From Phoronis australis (Eukaryota > Animalia > Phoronida), in contig NMRA01000245.1 of assembly GCA_002633005.1 (NCBI GenBank), positions 310,001 to 374,000 on the forward strand: a stretch of 64,000 bases of DNA. The letters run 5' to 3'. A program made the position numbers and the translations under genes. This document shows positions 1 to 60,510 of this stretch, piece by piece (the stretch's first letter is position 1; every line of letters begins with the position of its first letter). A model generated the notes under the pieces. The model made no database searches and had not been told where the DNA came from. It saw only the letters and a program-made list of their open reading frames with translations.

Positions 1-635
1 CAGGACATTTGCTTGGTGTTACTAAAACGCCTGAAAATTTTCATTTTCTGAATACACGCCCATGGGATTATCTATGGAAAACCCGATAGCACTGCACCTC
101 ATATACTCAATTTTAGGTCTAGTGTGTGAATCGAAGTGTTCTGAAAAAATGAGCCCCCATTCTACTGTCACCATTGGCAATTGGAAACTGTGCGTGAATA
201 TCAACGCGCTGCGATAAAATCTTTTTATTCTTCAAATGCTTCAACTGTTATTAATTCCCAACAATTTTTTCGCAACATTGTCTGAAGAAAATGATTAAGC
301 ATAACTGAGCTGCTTCCTCTCATAGATTAAGAAATATGGAACTAGAATTTAAGTTATTCGTCGTACTGTTTCCTGAAGTGGAGAGATTTTTCCATACCAC
401 TGATGAGTAGTGCATCGCATGGAATGTTGGGGGTTTGTTAAATTTAAAATCAACAACGGCCATCATTGTGTGTAGGTCATTTTGCGTCGCGGAAATTTTA
501 AATCATTGCTTATCCAAATAAACTGCATTATAAGGGTCAGTAAAACAAAAAGCTTTATAAGTCGTAGTCACTCTCTATTGACCCTTTTTTGTGAAATCAT
601 TTCAATGTGAGTTTAGTGTCATATATTCCTCGGTG

Positions 636-649
636 GTTACCAAGGCAAC
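636..649. promoter_or_regulatory. RFX X-box consensus GTTACCAAGGCAAC (intronic)
   Basis: Matches GTNRCC-NN-RGYAAC; function is unproven. Confidence 0.3.
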
Positions 650-943
650 ATTGTGTGTAATGAATTTAAATGATTTAATAATCATCAGTGGGTGGAGTGT
701 CCACTGGTTCAAATCTCAGTTGACCCCACTGTTTGACCGTTGAGTCAGGTTTCTAGTTCCTCGCTGTGGCTGTTTGTGCAATGAGCTCAGCTGAGCGACC
801 TGGACACGTCCGATTCAATGTGTATTGGACCATTTACATTATCTTTTTGGGTTTTAAGCTGTATTCTCAGTGTTCATGATTAGATATTTAATGGAATGTT
901 TTTGATTTGATGATCATGGTATTCAACTTTAAAACTTTGTTGA

Positions 944-48325
<47,382 letters not shown>

Positions 48326-48708
48326 CAGGATATCATTTAATGCAATTTTGGTTTTACGCTGCTTACTCACTTGGTGTATATATATCCGGTTTAGTGCTTA
48401 AACCAGTGGGGTGTGTTTTTCTAGCACGTCAATCTTGGCTGACATTTTGTGGATTGTTGGGTCAAGGTTTTACTATGGTGCCAATCTTTGCTTTATGTGA
48501 GACGTGGTAAACCATAACAGCTTCTGTTAAGATTTTGGCTAAATTTGCAAACACTGTAAATCCTAAACAAGTTCTTCCTCTTCGATCAGGTTATTTGAAG
48601 CTGTCGTATATGACGTATACGAAAGATGTATTCTTGAAGAGAAGTTGTTTCAACAAGTGACTGGCAACTTGTATCGACCTCTAATGTCTAGCTTGTGTGC
48701 GCACAAAT

Positions 48709-48714
48709 AATAAA
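48709..48714 (+). promoter_or_regulatory. Candidate polyadenylation signal AATAAA for SLK (alternative at 50809..50814)
   Basis: First AATAAA noticed after the stop codon; usage is not demonstrable from sequence. Confidence 0.3.
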
Positions 48715-49307
48715 TCTTACTACATCATGAAATGTTAACATTCATGCTGAGCATTTCTAATTTGCTCGGCCTCAGTGGATGTGGCAGAGTCTTGCTTTAA
48801 TTGTCTGTAACTATTGTTGAGGAACATTTCGATTCGGATACAACTCGGGCAGTGAGATGAGGTCTCTTGTTTCAAGTCCTGAATTGTAAGCACTGACTCC
48901 ATCTAACTTTGTGGCCGAGTCGTGTTGTACTTTATAACTCAAGACATACCTTTAAGTATTTATTGCTGGATTTGCAGGTAAACATCAATTCTGTACATGT
49001 TTTCCAACTGTAGTGCGTAGCTGCTCGTGAGGGTTCATTATAGTGGGACATTATTGTGAGGGTACATTATTGTGTGACATTATTGCTGCTCTGTTACTGG
49101 CATGATGGTTAAGCTGGGCAGCCAATATGGTCAAGTAGGGAGTGTAGTTAATGGGAAACCAAACCCTGTTGTGGTAATCACAGCTAATCCTAGATCTGTT
49201 TTCTGCTAATGTATCATTAGTACTTCATTTGTGTGATTTAAGTAGAATTCCATTAAAAGCACTTAACACACCCTTCTCACAGAATGGATAGTTTGGTTCT
49301 CAGTGGG

Positions 49308-49435
49308 GGGTCTTTCCCTACCGTTGTCACGTAACTCTTTCCCCACAGTTGTCACGTAACTCGTCAAAGCGTAGGTCACGCTTGCCCATTTAACAGATTT
49401 TCATAGGATGTTTTCAAAATTTGCTTCAAACTTCT
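49308..49435. repeat. Dispersed repeat fragment shared with 57066..57150, including a 25-bp tandem duplication
   Basis: Identical 21-mer gtaggtcacgcttgcccattt at 49371..49391 and 57088..57108, with similar flanks. Confidence 0.7.
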
Positions 49436-50261
49436 TAGGGTCAAAAAGGGCTACAGAGTTGTTATTTTGTTTTGGTATGCTGGAGGGGAAAGTTGTTAAT
49501 ATCTGTTAATAGGCCCAAATCATGTTCCGTATCCTTTTAACTACTGAAAACTGACTGTTCACTCGCTCTCTGGATTGGCTGATGTTTGATTGGCTGTTGT
49601 TTGATTGGCTGATGTTTGAACTATCATGCTGCACCGTAAACATTCAGTTTAGTGTCTGCCAAATTAGCTGTAATAATGAGATTTTAGTTAGGAGAGTCTT
49701 CTTCATGAAACTTGGTTTAAGACTAAGTCAGAAAGTCGTTCTCACGCTCCACATAAATATTTCAGGAAAAATCAAATCTCACTTGAGGAAAAGTGCAAAG
49801 TCGCTCAAAATATACATATAAATGCCAGTTTCTAATTTCTATAAATACTATTTCTAGACTGGGATGCATGCATGATTACTTGGCTAAACTTATTCAGGAA
49901 TTTTGAAGTTGGAGCACAAGACCAAATTTCTGTCTGTTAGTCTTAAGTCGTTCTCATGAAAAAAAACCCAGGAATGTCATATGAGTTTAGTATTAGGTTT
50001 GGACTTCATTTGCAACATATTGTAAGTTTGATTCTGGAAGTATCGAAAGAAGTATTAGTGGATGGGTCCTGCTATGGAAGAACTACCGACTTAGTAGCTT
50101 ATTGGGTGAAATGTGTACAGGTTGATTACGGTGATGTAATTATTTGGAATTATGCTCAATTTATAGTTGACTTGGTAACCATTGCCTCTTAGTGCTTTAA
50201 CTTTCCTTGTGTTAATTATTTCAAGAGATTTAATAATTCCTAATGTAGTGATAGACGTGAA

Positions 50262-50487
50262 CATGCACGCACCCAGGGGGGGCTTGAGGGGGCTCAAATG
50301 AGCCCCCCTCCCATTTGGTGAAGTGGGCAATAAGGTCCGCCTCAGATAACCAAAAAGTCTGACTAAATGAGACAAAAGTCCACAGGAATTCGGTGCTAAT
50401 GCACAATTCGTAGGTCTGAACGTATTTCTCCATTGTTTTCAGTAGAAGGTTCACATACTGAAAAATTCGAGGCTGGGTGCGCGCATG
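50262..50487 (+). mobile_element. MITE with 14-bp TIR catgc[a/g]cgcaccca
   Basis: TIRs at both ends; flanks gtgaa/atgaa; same family as the inverted copy at 52365..52597. Confidence 0.75.
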
Positions 50488-52364
50488 ATGAAATTAAGTT
50501 TTCCAAGCTGAAGTGCTTGCAGCTCTCAAGACTGGGTCTGTGTCACACGCGTGAGCGCGGATTCAATGAACTATGGATTTGTAAAAAAGATATTCACGTG
50601 ACTTTGGTGTGGTTGTTTCAAGTTTGCTGAAGTTGCAATTGAATGGTTCATAATCTATATTTGTTACTGAAAAGAACGTGTTAGTCAATTTAACACGAGT
50701 TCTGTTGATTATTTATTATAAGGTTGGATGCTATATATCTTGTAATACATAATAGATAAGCTCAGTTCTTATTTTTCATTTTCAAGAGCAATTGATACCC
50801 TATATACAAATAAATAGCTGCAGTGGACACCACAATCACCCACTTGAAAAGACACGTCAGCATGCATGATCTAATCTCCTAATTGGGATTACTAAGAGTA
50901 CAAAGTTAAAAGTTAACTCAAAGCCTGCCATGCAATAGGACGGTCCCAGATTACTTGGCAACTTTTGAATCCCGTGGTATTCTTCCCCCAGAATGCTGCA
51001 ACGTCAGTGGAGCAGTTCTCTTGCCTCGTTTTCGCGCCACTGGATTTTCTCGTTGCTGCCTTGCTTTCTTCAAGTTTATCTAGACTGCAGATCAAAGTTG
51101 GATAAACCTGAGGAGTATTCAATGGATGCGGTATTTTCAGACATACAATAATCAGCCTGACATTTCTGACAAGAGCCTATGTAACTACACGTTTTCCTAG
51201 CTCCAAACAAGGGAGGTTTCTATTCAGTACAACCCTTGCCTATATTTGGTCATCTTCAAATCTTAGTTTTGAGAGGTAACAGACCACCGCCCGATTCCCC
51301 TTATAAATTCAGTGCGCCTGGTAGTTACGTACCGGGATGCCTGTATCATGAGCTCTTGCGGAGTGTACTAGCTGGTATAGGAGTTCCGTTTCACCAACTT
51401 CTAGTGGTTGACAAGATCCGTCGGAGTCGTTGACTCGTTCTGGTGGTATCAGGAAGTGCTGCCCGTTCACGCCACGCTTTGCATTTTTCGCCGTGCGTGC
51501 GGAAAACTTTTTTACCGTTCGTTTATGACGAAACGGTCTTGAAGTCATTTACTTCGTAATCCAACATTATATAGCGCGTATCTTCTGTATAGGATCGGTG
51601 AGATTTTCCCAACTATGTAACCAGATGCGATATTCTTGAAGAAGCATGGCACATATATCATGTAAAGTCGGGCAGTCAAAAGCAATGATATGTTCATTTC
51701 TGCTCATTGACAACTTCATCTGCCACGTCCCTTTCTCGTAAATTGTCTTTTACAGAATAATTTTTGAGCGAACTCGCGATCAGGAAATGTCGATTCCACA
51801 TATTGTTTGGCAGTTAGGTGAGCCGGTTCGTCGACGTATCACCTGGTGACAGCCGCCAGGTACCAACTGAATGGCACTGTCTCGGAGTGGGGGGTGCCGA
51901 GCGGTATTTTTTTTCGATTGCTTAATTTTTGTAAACTAAAATTCACTTCTTAAGTGAGCAAAAGTGATGTGGGATATGCGTTTGCTTATGTGCCTTCGTG
52001 CAGCTGTTCAAAAACCAACTGACGGACGACGCCCTTGAGATTGATGCGGCCGGAGATTTTACGTGATGAGTGCACTCAAAGTGAGTCGGGCTACAGATCA
52101 GAACACACACTGTTTTTGGCCTAAACTGTACTCTGCTCCGTAGCCACCTGACGGGAGTGCTTTTTACAGCGTGATGCGTTGCAAGCTGCAGCGACTCATG
52201 GCCTCCCAAGTTATTGTGACCCGTTCTGGTGAAATTTCGTCACGATATTAAGGCTATGCGGCAACAACACAGCTTTTTTCATCATACAGGCGTGATTCGT
52301 GTATTTGTGGTTGACTGCAATCATTTCTCGTCCACTTCAGAAACAATGACAAAACCCCACCCAA

Positions 52365-52597
52365 CATGCGCGCACCCCAGCCTTCAATTTGGGGGGCTCG
52401 AATTCTTGACATCGTGGACCTTATCCTAACAAAACAGCAGGCGGACTAAAAAAAAAAAAAAAAAAAAAAACGGGAGCACCACCGTGAAGTGCGCGTTCGC
52501 GCTTATTTAGTGGTCTTTTGTCCAGTTATCTTGGACTTTTTGTCGCTCGGAGGCGGACCTTTTTCCCCTCCCCCCTCCCCCCCTGGGTGCGCGCATG
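52365..52597 (-). mobile_element. MITE, inverted family member of 50262..50487
   Basis: TIR catgcgcgcaccc; shares aaggtccgcctc and aaaaagtc in reverse complement; flanks cccaa/ctcaa. Confidence 0.75.
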
Positions 52598-52997
52598 CTC
52601 AACTGAGTTTGGTTGAGTCTAGATTGTCCGAGAATAGTCGATAGATTGGAAAGCAAACCATTACGAAATTTTGTACAGATGTCTACAAAGAATTGTGATG
52701 GCATAAGCACGAGCTCAGGGCGGGGAATGATTTTGGGACACGAACGGCACGTCCGGAGCACAATTAATTAGAACTCAGTGAATTTAATGAACTTGATATG
52801 TGTTTAGCAAAAATTGTAAAATTAGAAAATTGTAATTTAACCAGACTAAAAACGGCTGCCTCCCCCTTTAAATGCGGGTGTTTCATGTGTTGCTAACTGG
52901 GAGCTGCAAATTAAGTTTGTTTTCCCGGCATTCCATACGAGCATAATGCTCAGTTAAATAAATGGAAAGACTACAATGTACAGTTACTTTCTAATTG

Positions 52998-53148
52998 CAT
53001 GGGCAGCTCAGCACTGAAAAAGCGGGGGGGCTAAGCCCCCCCCTCAGCCCCCTGTGGTGCAGCGCCCACAGACCGTAGGCGGCGTAGCATTGAAAAATGT
53101 GGTGGGGCTATAGCCCTCCCAGCCCGGCCCTATGGTGCGCCGTCCATG
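52998..53148. mobile_element. Dimeric GC-rich MITE, same family as 33921..34065
   Basis: Colinear similarity over the full length; catgg...ccatg ends. Confidence 0.7.
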
Positions 53149-53578
53149 GACTGAGCTCAATAACTGACAACGGGCTGATCAAAACTTAAGCTAAGCTTAC
53201 AACACGCTGTTGCATCGAAACATGACTAAAAATACCGGAAGCACATATATCATATTTGGTGGACGGATATTCAAATTCATGAGAATTTTAACCTTCATAA
53301 AAATGAAGTGACCTGTATTCACTGAATGGTACCAGACAATTGTTCAAACGAGCCCCTCCCCTCCCCCCCCCGAATCGTTCGGACGAAACACTGAATAATT
53401 AGTTTCGGAAGCACTGCATCATATTCCACTAACCGAGACGGAAATTTACAATAAGCCCACCAAATATGTTTAGTCGACGAAACTTGCATGCATTAGAAGA
53501 CGACCAACGTCTCCATCACTTTATTTGTTACTCCACTGAACACGTCACAATCTTTGAATGTGTACACACACGCGCCTT

Positions 53579-54426
53579 TCAACGGAAAACGTCGCGCCTT
53601 GGTTTCGGTGCGTTATGAGGAGAATCAGCTTCTGATAAATATCTATCCATTAGATATGCCCGTCCTTGGGAGCTTGCTGTCTGTCTCGGTCGTGCATTAA
53701 TCGTTACGTTCCCTCCGCTCCCATTTATTTTGACTTCTGTCAATGGAACATGGCCGTATTTGTGGGACAGTTCTTCAGTCACATAGTCCGGTAAATTATC
53801 ACCACGGTAACTGTTTACAGTTTTTAAAACACCAAATTCCAGGACACCTTCAACTGAGAAATTGGAGTTCATGCGGAGATCCTGGCGCATGTGGCTGATT
53901 TGCGATGAGAATTGGCGTTGAGGTCCCGGCAGTCGTTCTCCGTTTGCTCCGTAATAATGATGTTTCACTGATGGTTCTCTTTTTGAAGGCTCCGAATACG
54001 TTCTATTGGGGTACACAACAACAGGTGGAGAGTTGTATCGTGGTACATGTATAAAGGTCAGATCACAGCTGCGCCCGTTCCATTCAAGCGCTGGTGTAAA
54101 GTCAACTCCGCCTCCTACTGGTTGCCATGGCGACAGCGCTGCGGTAATGGTTGGTTGAGGCGCTGGAGCACCAATTGCGGGAAGTGGTATGTAGGGATTC
54201 ATGGGCGCGTCCTTTGTTACGTAATTCAAAGCTGGCTTAGCATTTGATTGAAGCGCCAATAAATTGTTGTCACTGCTGCTCTTACTCTTTGAAAAGTCGT
54301 CTGTTGGACCTCGTTGATGACTTGCTTGTGACACTTCACGCGGTGTGGCATATACTTCTGTAGTTGTATCGTCGTTTGATTTAACACTTTTTGAGCTGTG
54401 TATTTGAAGTAAATCTATAACAAGAT
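53579..54426 (-). CDS. Terminal exon of an uncharacterised Pro/Ser-rich protein gene, convergent with SLK
   Basis: ORF 53579..54334 extends upstream in frame to an acceptor, ccaattttccctaatctccag, at 54427 (phase 1). About 282 open codons; no family recognised. Confidence 0.75.
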
Positions 54427-54953
54427 CTGGAGATTAGGGAAAATTGGTAATAAATTACTTGATACCAAAACAGCAGCGGCTCTTCTACGATTTTGTCAGT
54501 CGACAGGGGTATTCACTCTGGCAACCCAGTTAGAGAGTTTTGTAGATGCTAGATTATCGCTAAGAAATCTACTGTTATCCCATGCTTTGCTTACTTGCAC
54601 TACATGGCCATAGCCTTGCATGTAATTCTTTCTTTTCTCGCAAGAAACTGGGTCATCGGGAACGCGCGCTCGGCGCCCTGAACCGCAGACTCAGTAGATC
54701 CAAGGGCCAAGTGGGGACATTTTCCAACAGAGAACATTTTAAACCTTCAACCAGCGAGTGGATTGTACACGAGGACAAGTGTAAATTAATAAATTAATTT
54801 ATATGAATCAATACTCAATGTACACCCCCACGAAATAATAACTATTTTCTATATACATGTAGGATGGTGAGAGACGGTTCGCAAGTAAATGTCAAAAAGT
54901 CCTTTCTTTCTTAGGAATGATCCAGAAATCTTTTGATTATGGAAAAGTTGTAC

Positions 54954-54999
54954 CGTAGGAATCTTCGCCCTTCGTGACAATACGGCTGAGTGGATCCAT
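54954..54999 (-). CDS. Candidate upstream exon of the same gene (MDPLSRIVTKGEDSY-D)
   Basis: Acceptor tgccag at 55008, ATG at 54999, weak phase-1 donor G|gtacaa that joins 54426 in frame to give 297 aa. Confidence 0.45.
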
Positions 55000-57737
55000 T
55001 ACAACACCTGGCATGTAAATTATATAAATTTTAGCGTCTCTCTGTGTCTACCATGGTAACACTTCTCCCCTTTAATGGACGCTAGCATATGAATCTGTAG
55101 CCTAGTTTTCATTTAAAACAATATTTGCAAGTAAAAAGATCGTCAAAAATTAACGAAACTTTGGTTGAAATTAATTTTGCTTTATTGCAACCAATAAAAC
55201 AGAGGGATCGACAAAAACACTGAAAACCAATTTCGGCTCATTAAGAAAAATGTTACACGATTCATGAAGAAATTCAAGCATGTGAAGATTGCATATAGGT
55301 TGCCGTTTTTTCTTGTCTTGGCCAGTTCCATTGAATATTTTACCAAGAACTGTGAGCAATGCGGAACTTCACATTTTTAGGCGTTACCCCAATTCACTAC
55401 TTGCACGCTAAAAAAAAAAAAAGCTGTGCATTGTTGTTTTGGTCACAATGCCTCGTTTTAGCATCAGCTTTTACTGCGCAAACGCGAAAGTTCGCGTCAG
55501 TTGCAAACAGGCAGAACCATTGAAGGTTGGACACAACACCTCGTTCTTAAGCATAGTGGCGAATCCGTGCAAGTAGTGAATTAATGATGTTCTGGGGTCT
55601 AACAAGATGATCCCCAATTTCTGTAGTCTTATTAGCTTGTTCTCAATGGCCATTGCTTCAAAAGTATCTGAAGGCCCCTGCAAATGAATTCGCCATAAAA
55701 AGTGACCGTCAGAATGGTTCATTCCTTCAGACCTACCCGGTTTGTGTGTGGTTCTTATCTTCAGTGGTGGTACAGTCGCCGCACGGACAGGTCTGTTCGT
55801 AATTATCCACGGAGTTAGCTCATGTATCGCCCTTGTGCCATGAATCGAATAAACCTGAGCTTGCGGAATGAACGAGTTGTGTTCATGAATGATTTTCCTC
55901 ATTGCTGTTGTCAACGTTCTCAGCGCGATTTTAAGCGCGACAAAACACGGCGTGTTTGTGTAAAAAGTTTTCCTTCGCAGATTTAAAATAGCATCAATCA
56001 ACGCGCGGTTATAATGAGTGGTATCAGCTTGTGTTGTAGCTCTTATCAGTTTTAATAACTGAGTGATTGTAACCTGGGAAATATCTCAACAGTTAAAATT
56101 TGTTTGTAATAACCTGCATTTCTTTGAGGCATGCGTTAGGAAACATGGTAAAATCCTGGTTCGTATATAGCTAATATTAGCTTCTATGGCTCTATTATTA
56201 AATACATATCACCAATGACAACGCAGCCTACCTATATAGTCTGTTGAACGAACGTGATGGGTGTGGTACTCTCCATTTTAGATATGGCGTTTACCATCTC
56301 CTCTACGAACTTACAGCATTCATACCATGTGTTCTTTCGTTACTTTGTTGGCGGCATCGTACAAGGCAAACTAACACCGATAAATCGGGGGCAAAATGCA
56401 GCAGATGATTGCAGACAACACATTTGGTGCACGAAACACCTGACCTAAACTCATATGAGCCCTGTTACAGATCAACAGGTTCTTTATGAAGACGTTTTCA
56501 AGTCTGTTTGTATATTTTAAGAGTAGGAAAATGGACAGATTCTTTCATTTGATGCCATGCGGTATACGTTGCAGGCATAGTGTAATGGTGACATTCAGGT
56601 GCCTCTGAATTCTTTAGCGTGCGAAAACTTGTGCAAGAACTTACCAAATGTTTAGATGTTTCAACAGTACCACACTCTAGACACAATGGGATACTCACGA
56701 TACTATGATCGTGCCTGTGTCGTGCGGCTACGTTACAGCAACCTGTTAGTTGGGGTGATGTATTTTTGGTACATGCAATCTGTTGAACCTTTTGGTTCGA
56801 TCATATCGGAAAGGTTCTCTGTGGTTTATTAGCACTGGAGCTGCCAAGTATAACTTTCTCAGTATGCATAAATTTGTGCTTTTAAAGAGACCACTGAACC
56901 CAGGTTTTAAAAAGATACTTATCCCTGTTTTGATGATTTCAACCAATCACCGTTCTGTCACCTGCCAATGCGTCATTGGCGTCAATCTTGAAAGATGAAG
57001 ATAGGAATCAACTAAAAACTCATACTCCCTATATAAAAAATTGAATATCACAGTCCCTGGCGAGTGGTCTTTTCCCACAGTTGCCTTGTAGGTCACGCTT
57101 GCCCATTTCAGACATTGAAAGGAGTGTTCAAATCTTCCTCCGAACTTTGATGATATTCGGTTGTCAAAAGTTTTATTCTTCAAGTTCAACAATTGCTCAC
57201 GAAATCTGCGAAGTCTGAAAGCATGATTAACACTTTGGACAAAGACTGCTTCGGGGCACCTCAGACCAAACGCGAGCGCGTCTCTAACAATCGAATCCAT
57301 TTTGAGACAGTGAGGACATAGTTTTGGCAGAACAATGCTTTCCTCTTTCCGTTGTTAATTCTCAAATAGACCGCAGGGAAGCAGTTTTGTGAAAATCATC
57401 AACGCATAGTTTAGTACATTTTTTAAATCTCTGTAACAATTGCAATATTTATTTTACCAAGTTTTTCGTTATTTCTGAGTCGAAACGGTTACCAACAAAT
57501 CAAAACAGTTCCAAAATTAAACCTTTTACATTTTTTATTGAAGTTTCTAAAAGGGAATGATCTCAGTCGGACAGTCGGAAAGGAGACAGATATATTATTC
57601 AAAATCCGTTGTTAAAAATCTGTGATATATTTTGTTTATTTCGGAAAATCGATGACAATAAATTCTCTCTATTTGTGGGAAAAATCAAATGACGTAACGC
57701 GTGTCGAGACAAGGCCCCGGCCTCTTATCTTTGTACT

Positions 57738-57890
57738 CAATTTTAAAGTGTTCTACTAGATTCTGCACTGTCTAATTTCACCTGGGCAAAACGTAATTTC
57801 GAGTTCCATTTCGAGTAAAAAGATTAGAGACCGTGCCCTGGTCAGTGAAATGAGACAATGCAGAATCTAGTAGAACACACTTTAAAATTG
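57738..57890. repeat. Foldback with arms of about 45 bp
   Basis: caattttaaagtgttctactagattctgcactgtctaatttcac pairs with gtgaaatgagacaatgcagaatctagtagaacacactttaaaattg. Confidence 0.85.
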
Positions 57891-58236
57891 TCTACAATTT
57901 TTAAATAAAACACTAGCTTTCGAGAGACCCGGGAAATTTGTCAGGCACGAAGACACACCAAGTCTGGCGTGTCGAAAGATCTTCTGTCTTATACCAACCT
58001 GTTTAAAACTACAAAGGGTAGGTAGGTGGGAACAGAGAAGATGAAAAGCAAGGGAGAGCAAATGGGAATAGTTTATTGACACTCAGTATCACACAAAAAT
58101 GAAGTAAAGAGTGATTATTTGACACGTTCAAGCTCACACAGGCGCATGGCACACACATCTCAGTCGCCTGCCAGTAACTAAAATAAGCCAGTGAACCAAA
58201 GGAACAAAAGAGACAAAGAGGACCATCCCGGCTGGC

Positions 58237-58345
58237 CGGGGGCAGATCCAGGAACGAGTTAGGGGGGGGGGCAGGGCAGAAAGTACTGCCAAATCGAATC
58301 TGATTGAATTTTGGGGGGTGCACCCCCTCTCTAAATCCGCCACTG
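58237..58345. mobile_element. Short hAT-type MITE remnant
   Basis: Ends cgggggcagatcc and aaatccgccactg resemble cag[t/g]ggcggat TIRs; no TSD found. Confidence 0.45.
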
Positions 58346-58382
58346 CGGCATCATCTACTAAATTTTTCTTATTCACGGTTAC

Positions 58383-58971
58383 AGTCTCGCTGGTTCCCTG
58401 CGTGTAGAGAACACTGTGACACAGGTATCATTCACGCGCTCTTTATCACAGGTTGACTGATGTAACCTCGGCAGTCATTGGTTAGCTTGAATTTACAACA
58501 AAGAGAGGAAATGGCGGACTATAAACGATTTTTAGTCTTGGCATGCAAGTGGCGTAACAGCAGCTCCGTTTCTGCAGTTTGTTTAATAGCCGCGTCTTCG
58601 AAGCACACACCAGTGTACAAAAAGTCTTACCGATTTAACCGGTGTGTTATTTATACTGTGTGACAGCAATGTAAACAAAAGTCAGAGACAGTAGGCCTAA
58701 AAAGATGCACTCCCGGCCGAAAAGGCGCAACCATAATTTTCTGGGATTCACATGTCTTGAACATGAATTAAGCACCGATTTGTTTGTACAACAGACCACA
58801 TTTACTCTTCCTCCATCAGTCATGCCAGTTTGTTTGCGTAAAGCGCTACCTATTAAGAATTCGACCAACCAATCCGAAACGCCGGAGTAAAAAATTTCCC
58901 GAGGACTATGATACTTCGCTGGTTACCTGCCATGCGTAGAACCTAACGACACACAGGGAACCAGCGAGGCG
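58383..58971. mobile_element. MITE with a TIR of about 22 bp
   Basis: gtctcgctggttccctgcgtgt versus the reverse complement gcctcgctggttccctgtgtgt; superfamily not assignable. Confidence 0.7.
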
Positions 58972-59019
58972 ATTTTCCACAGGTCATGAACCTGGAAGTG
59001 TAACTATGTCCCTGATCTC

Positions 59020-60510
59020 AGATGGGATTTTCCGAACGCCAGAAAGAAGTCTTTTTGCCCGACGTTGAATCAATTCCTTCGGCTTGTTTAAAAACCGGTT
59101 TTGAAAAGAAATATTGATGACACATGGCCATCTTTGAGATAACTCTGTCAAGTTGAAGCCATTGAGCCTAAGATCAGCAAAATGGTGAGAAAGTGGCTTG
59201 GTTTATCTACAGATTCTCTCATCAGTAGCACTGTACAGCAAGCAAAGTAAGTTGCGTCTACCAATCCTACATCTGTTGTAGAGGAGTACAAGGTTGCAAA
59301 GGTCAAGCTATGCTGTGTGAAACGAATGACAACATCAGAGACAAACCACCAGACCTAACCGGCGCCGGAAAGAAATGGAAAGTGAAACCAAAAGACTGTG
59401 ACTGAGATCATGGCTCATCACTTGTTCGTGTGGTGAGAAATGGTAGAAAAGGTATTGGAGTGATCCAGAGGGAAATGTTTGGTCTGAGGCAAAGAGGACG
59501 AAAAGAATGAAACTAAGTGAGCAAGAAATCCGGAAAATGGAGGAAGCGTGAACGCCAGCCTTAGTGCATGCCGCTGTGCAGCAGGCTCAACAGGGAGGTA
59601 GCTGAATTGGGATGGTGTGGAACAACAGGTCTGCAGTTGGAACGATTGGTGAAGTTCCCCATCCAGTCTGCATATGATGTTCAGTTGCCATCACCTGCCA
59701 ATTTCGTGAGGTGTGGTTTGCGGACAGCCTTCTTGCCGACGGTCTTTGATTGACACGTAGTCTGAGATATACATTATCTGGCTGTTCAGGTCTCACGTGT
59801 GGATGGTATACCTTCAGGCACAATTTGGTACTGGATGTTATACGTAAAGCAGTTGAGTGTGCATGCAGTGGTTCCATCAAAAGAACGCCAAAAGACAAAT
59901 TTCGTCACGCAAGGGGTTGTAAGTACGACCAGTGTTAAGAGACCAGCTCCTGCCAAGGCTTTACAGTTCGCTAGTCAAGCCACTTCAGATTTGTGTCCTG
60001 GGGTGGTGTTGCTCTATTAAGAGAGGAAACATCTTCGTTCTTGGTGAACTAACAGTTGCATGGGAAGAGGGTTTCTGTACTGAAGCCCATGAGTGCAAGC
60101 TGTTACGGTATGCAGAACTATAGCAACAGAAATCCAGGGGAAGGTTACAGCTGTGAACTGACTCCATCTGAGGTGGGATGTCACGATTTTCCGCCATCGT
60201 CTTTATGGAGGTTCCTGAAGGTGGCTGGTGTGAACCTTTTGAGGGAGGTAGTCGTGGACGTGGAGGGCAGCACGTGGATTATGCGGAAGTACGTGACTTG
60301 CCCGACAGTACTTAACATGGAGCCAGGACTTGATAGCCAACTGTAACGCAACACCAGCTGTAGCCTTGGTACAAAGCTGTATACTAAATAGTCTTCATAC
60401 AGCTAGTTGGCTAGCTACAACAGCTGCTGCAGATCCACTGCGTGGAGATAGATCCTGAGCTTAAAGGGTCAAAATATTCAGGAAGCACGGCGCTCAGCTG
60501 ATGACTGCAG
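59020..60510 (+). mobile_element. Decayed, 5'-truncated non-LTR retrotransposon with a restriction-like endonuclease (R2 group, Hero-like)
   Basis: Frameshifted peptides VRKWLGL, ALYSKQSKLRLP, SVVEEYKVAK, QQAQQG.LNW, AYDVQLPSPANFVR, LSGC...YTFRHNLVL, ELTVAWEE..EAHECKLLRY and EVGC occur in the order typical of Hero/NeSL C-termini. Boundaries are approximate. Confidence 0.85.

Noticed and set aside
685-810. tRNA or SINE (B-box-like ggttcaaatct)
   Set aside because: No cloverleaf or properly spaced A box, and no second copy in the window.
56746-57300. Two in-frame minus-strand ORFs suggesting a pseudogene
   Set aside because: The core overlaps a non-coding dispersed repeat also found at 49308..49435; no protein family was recognised.
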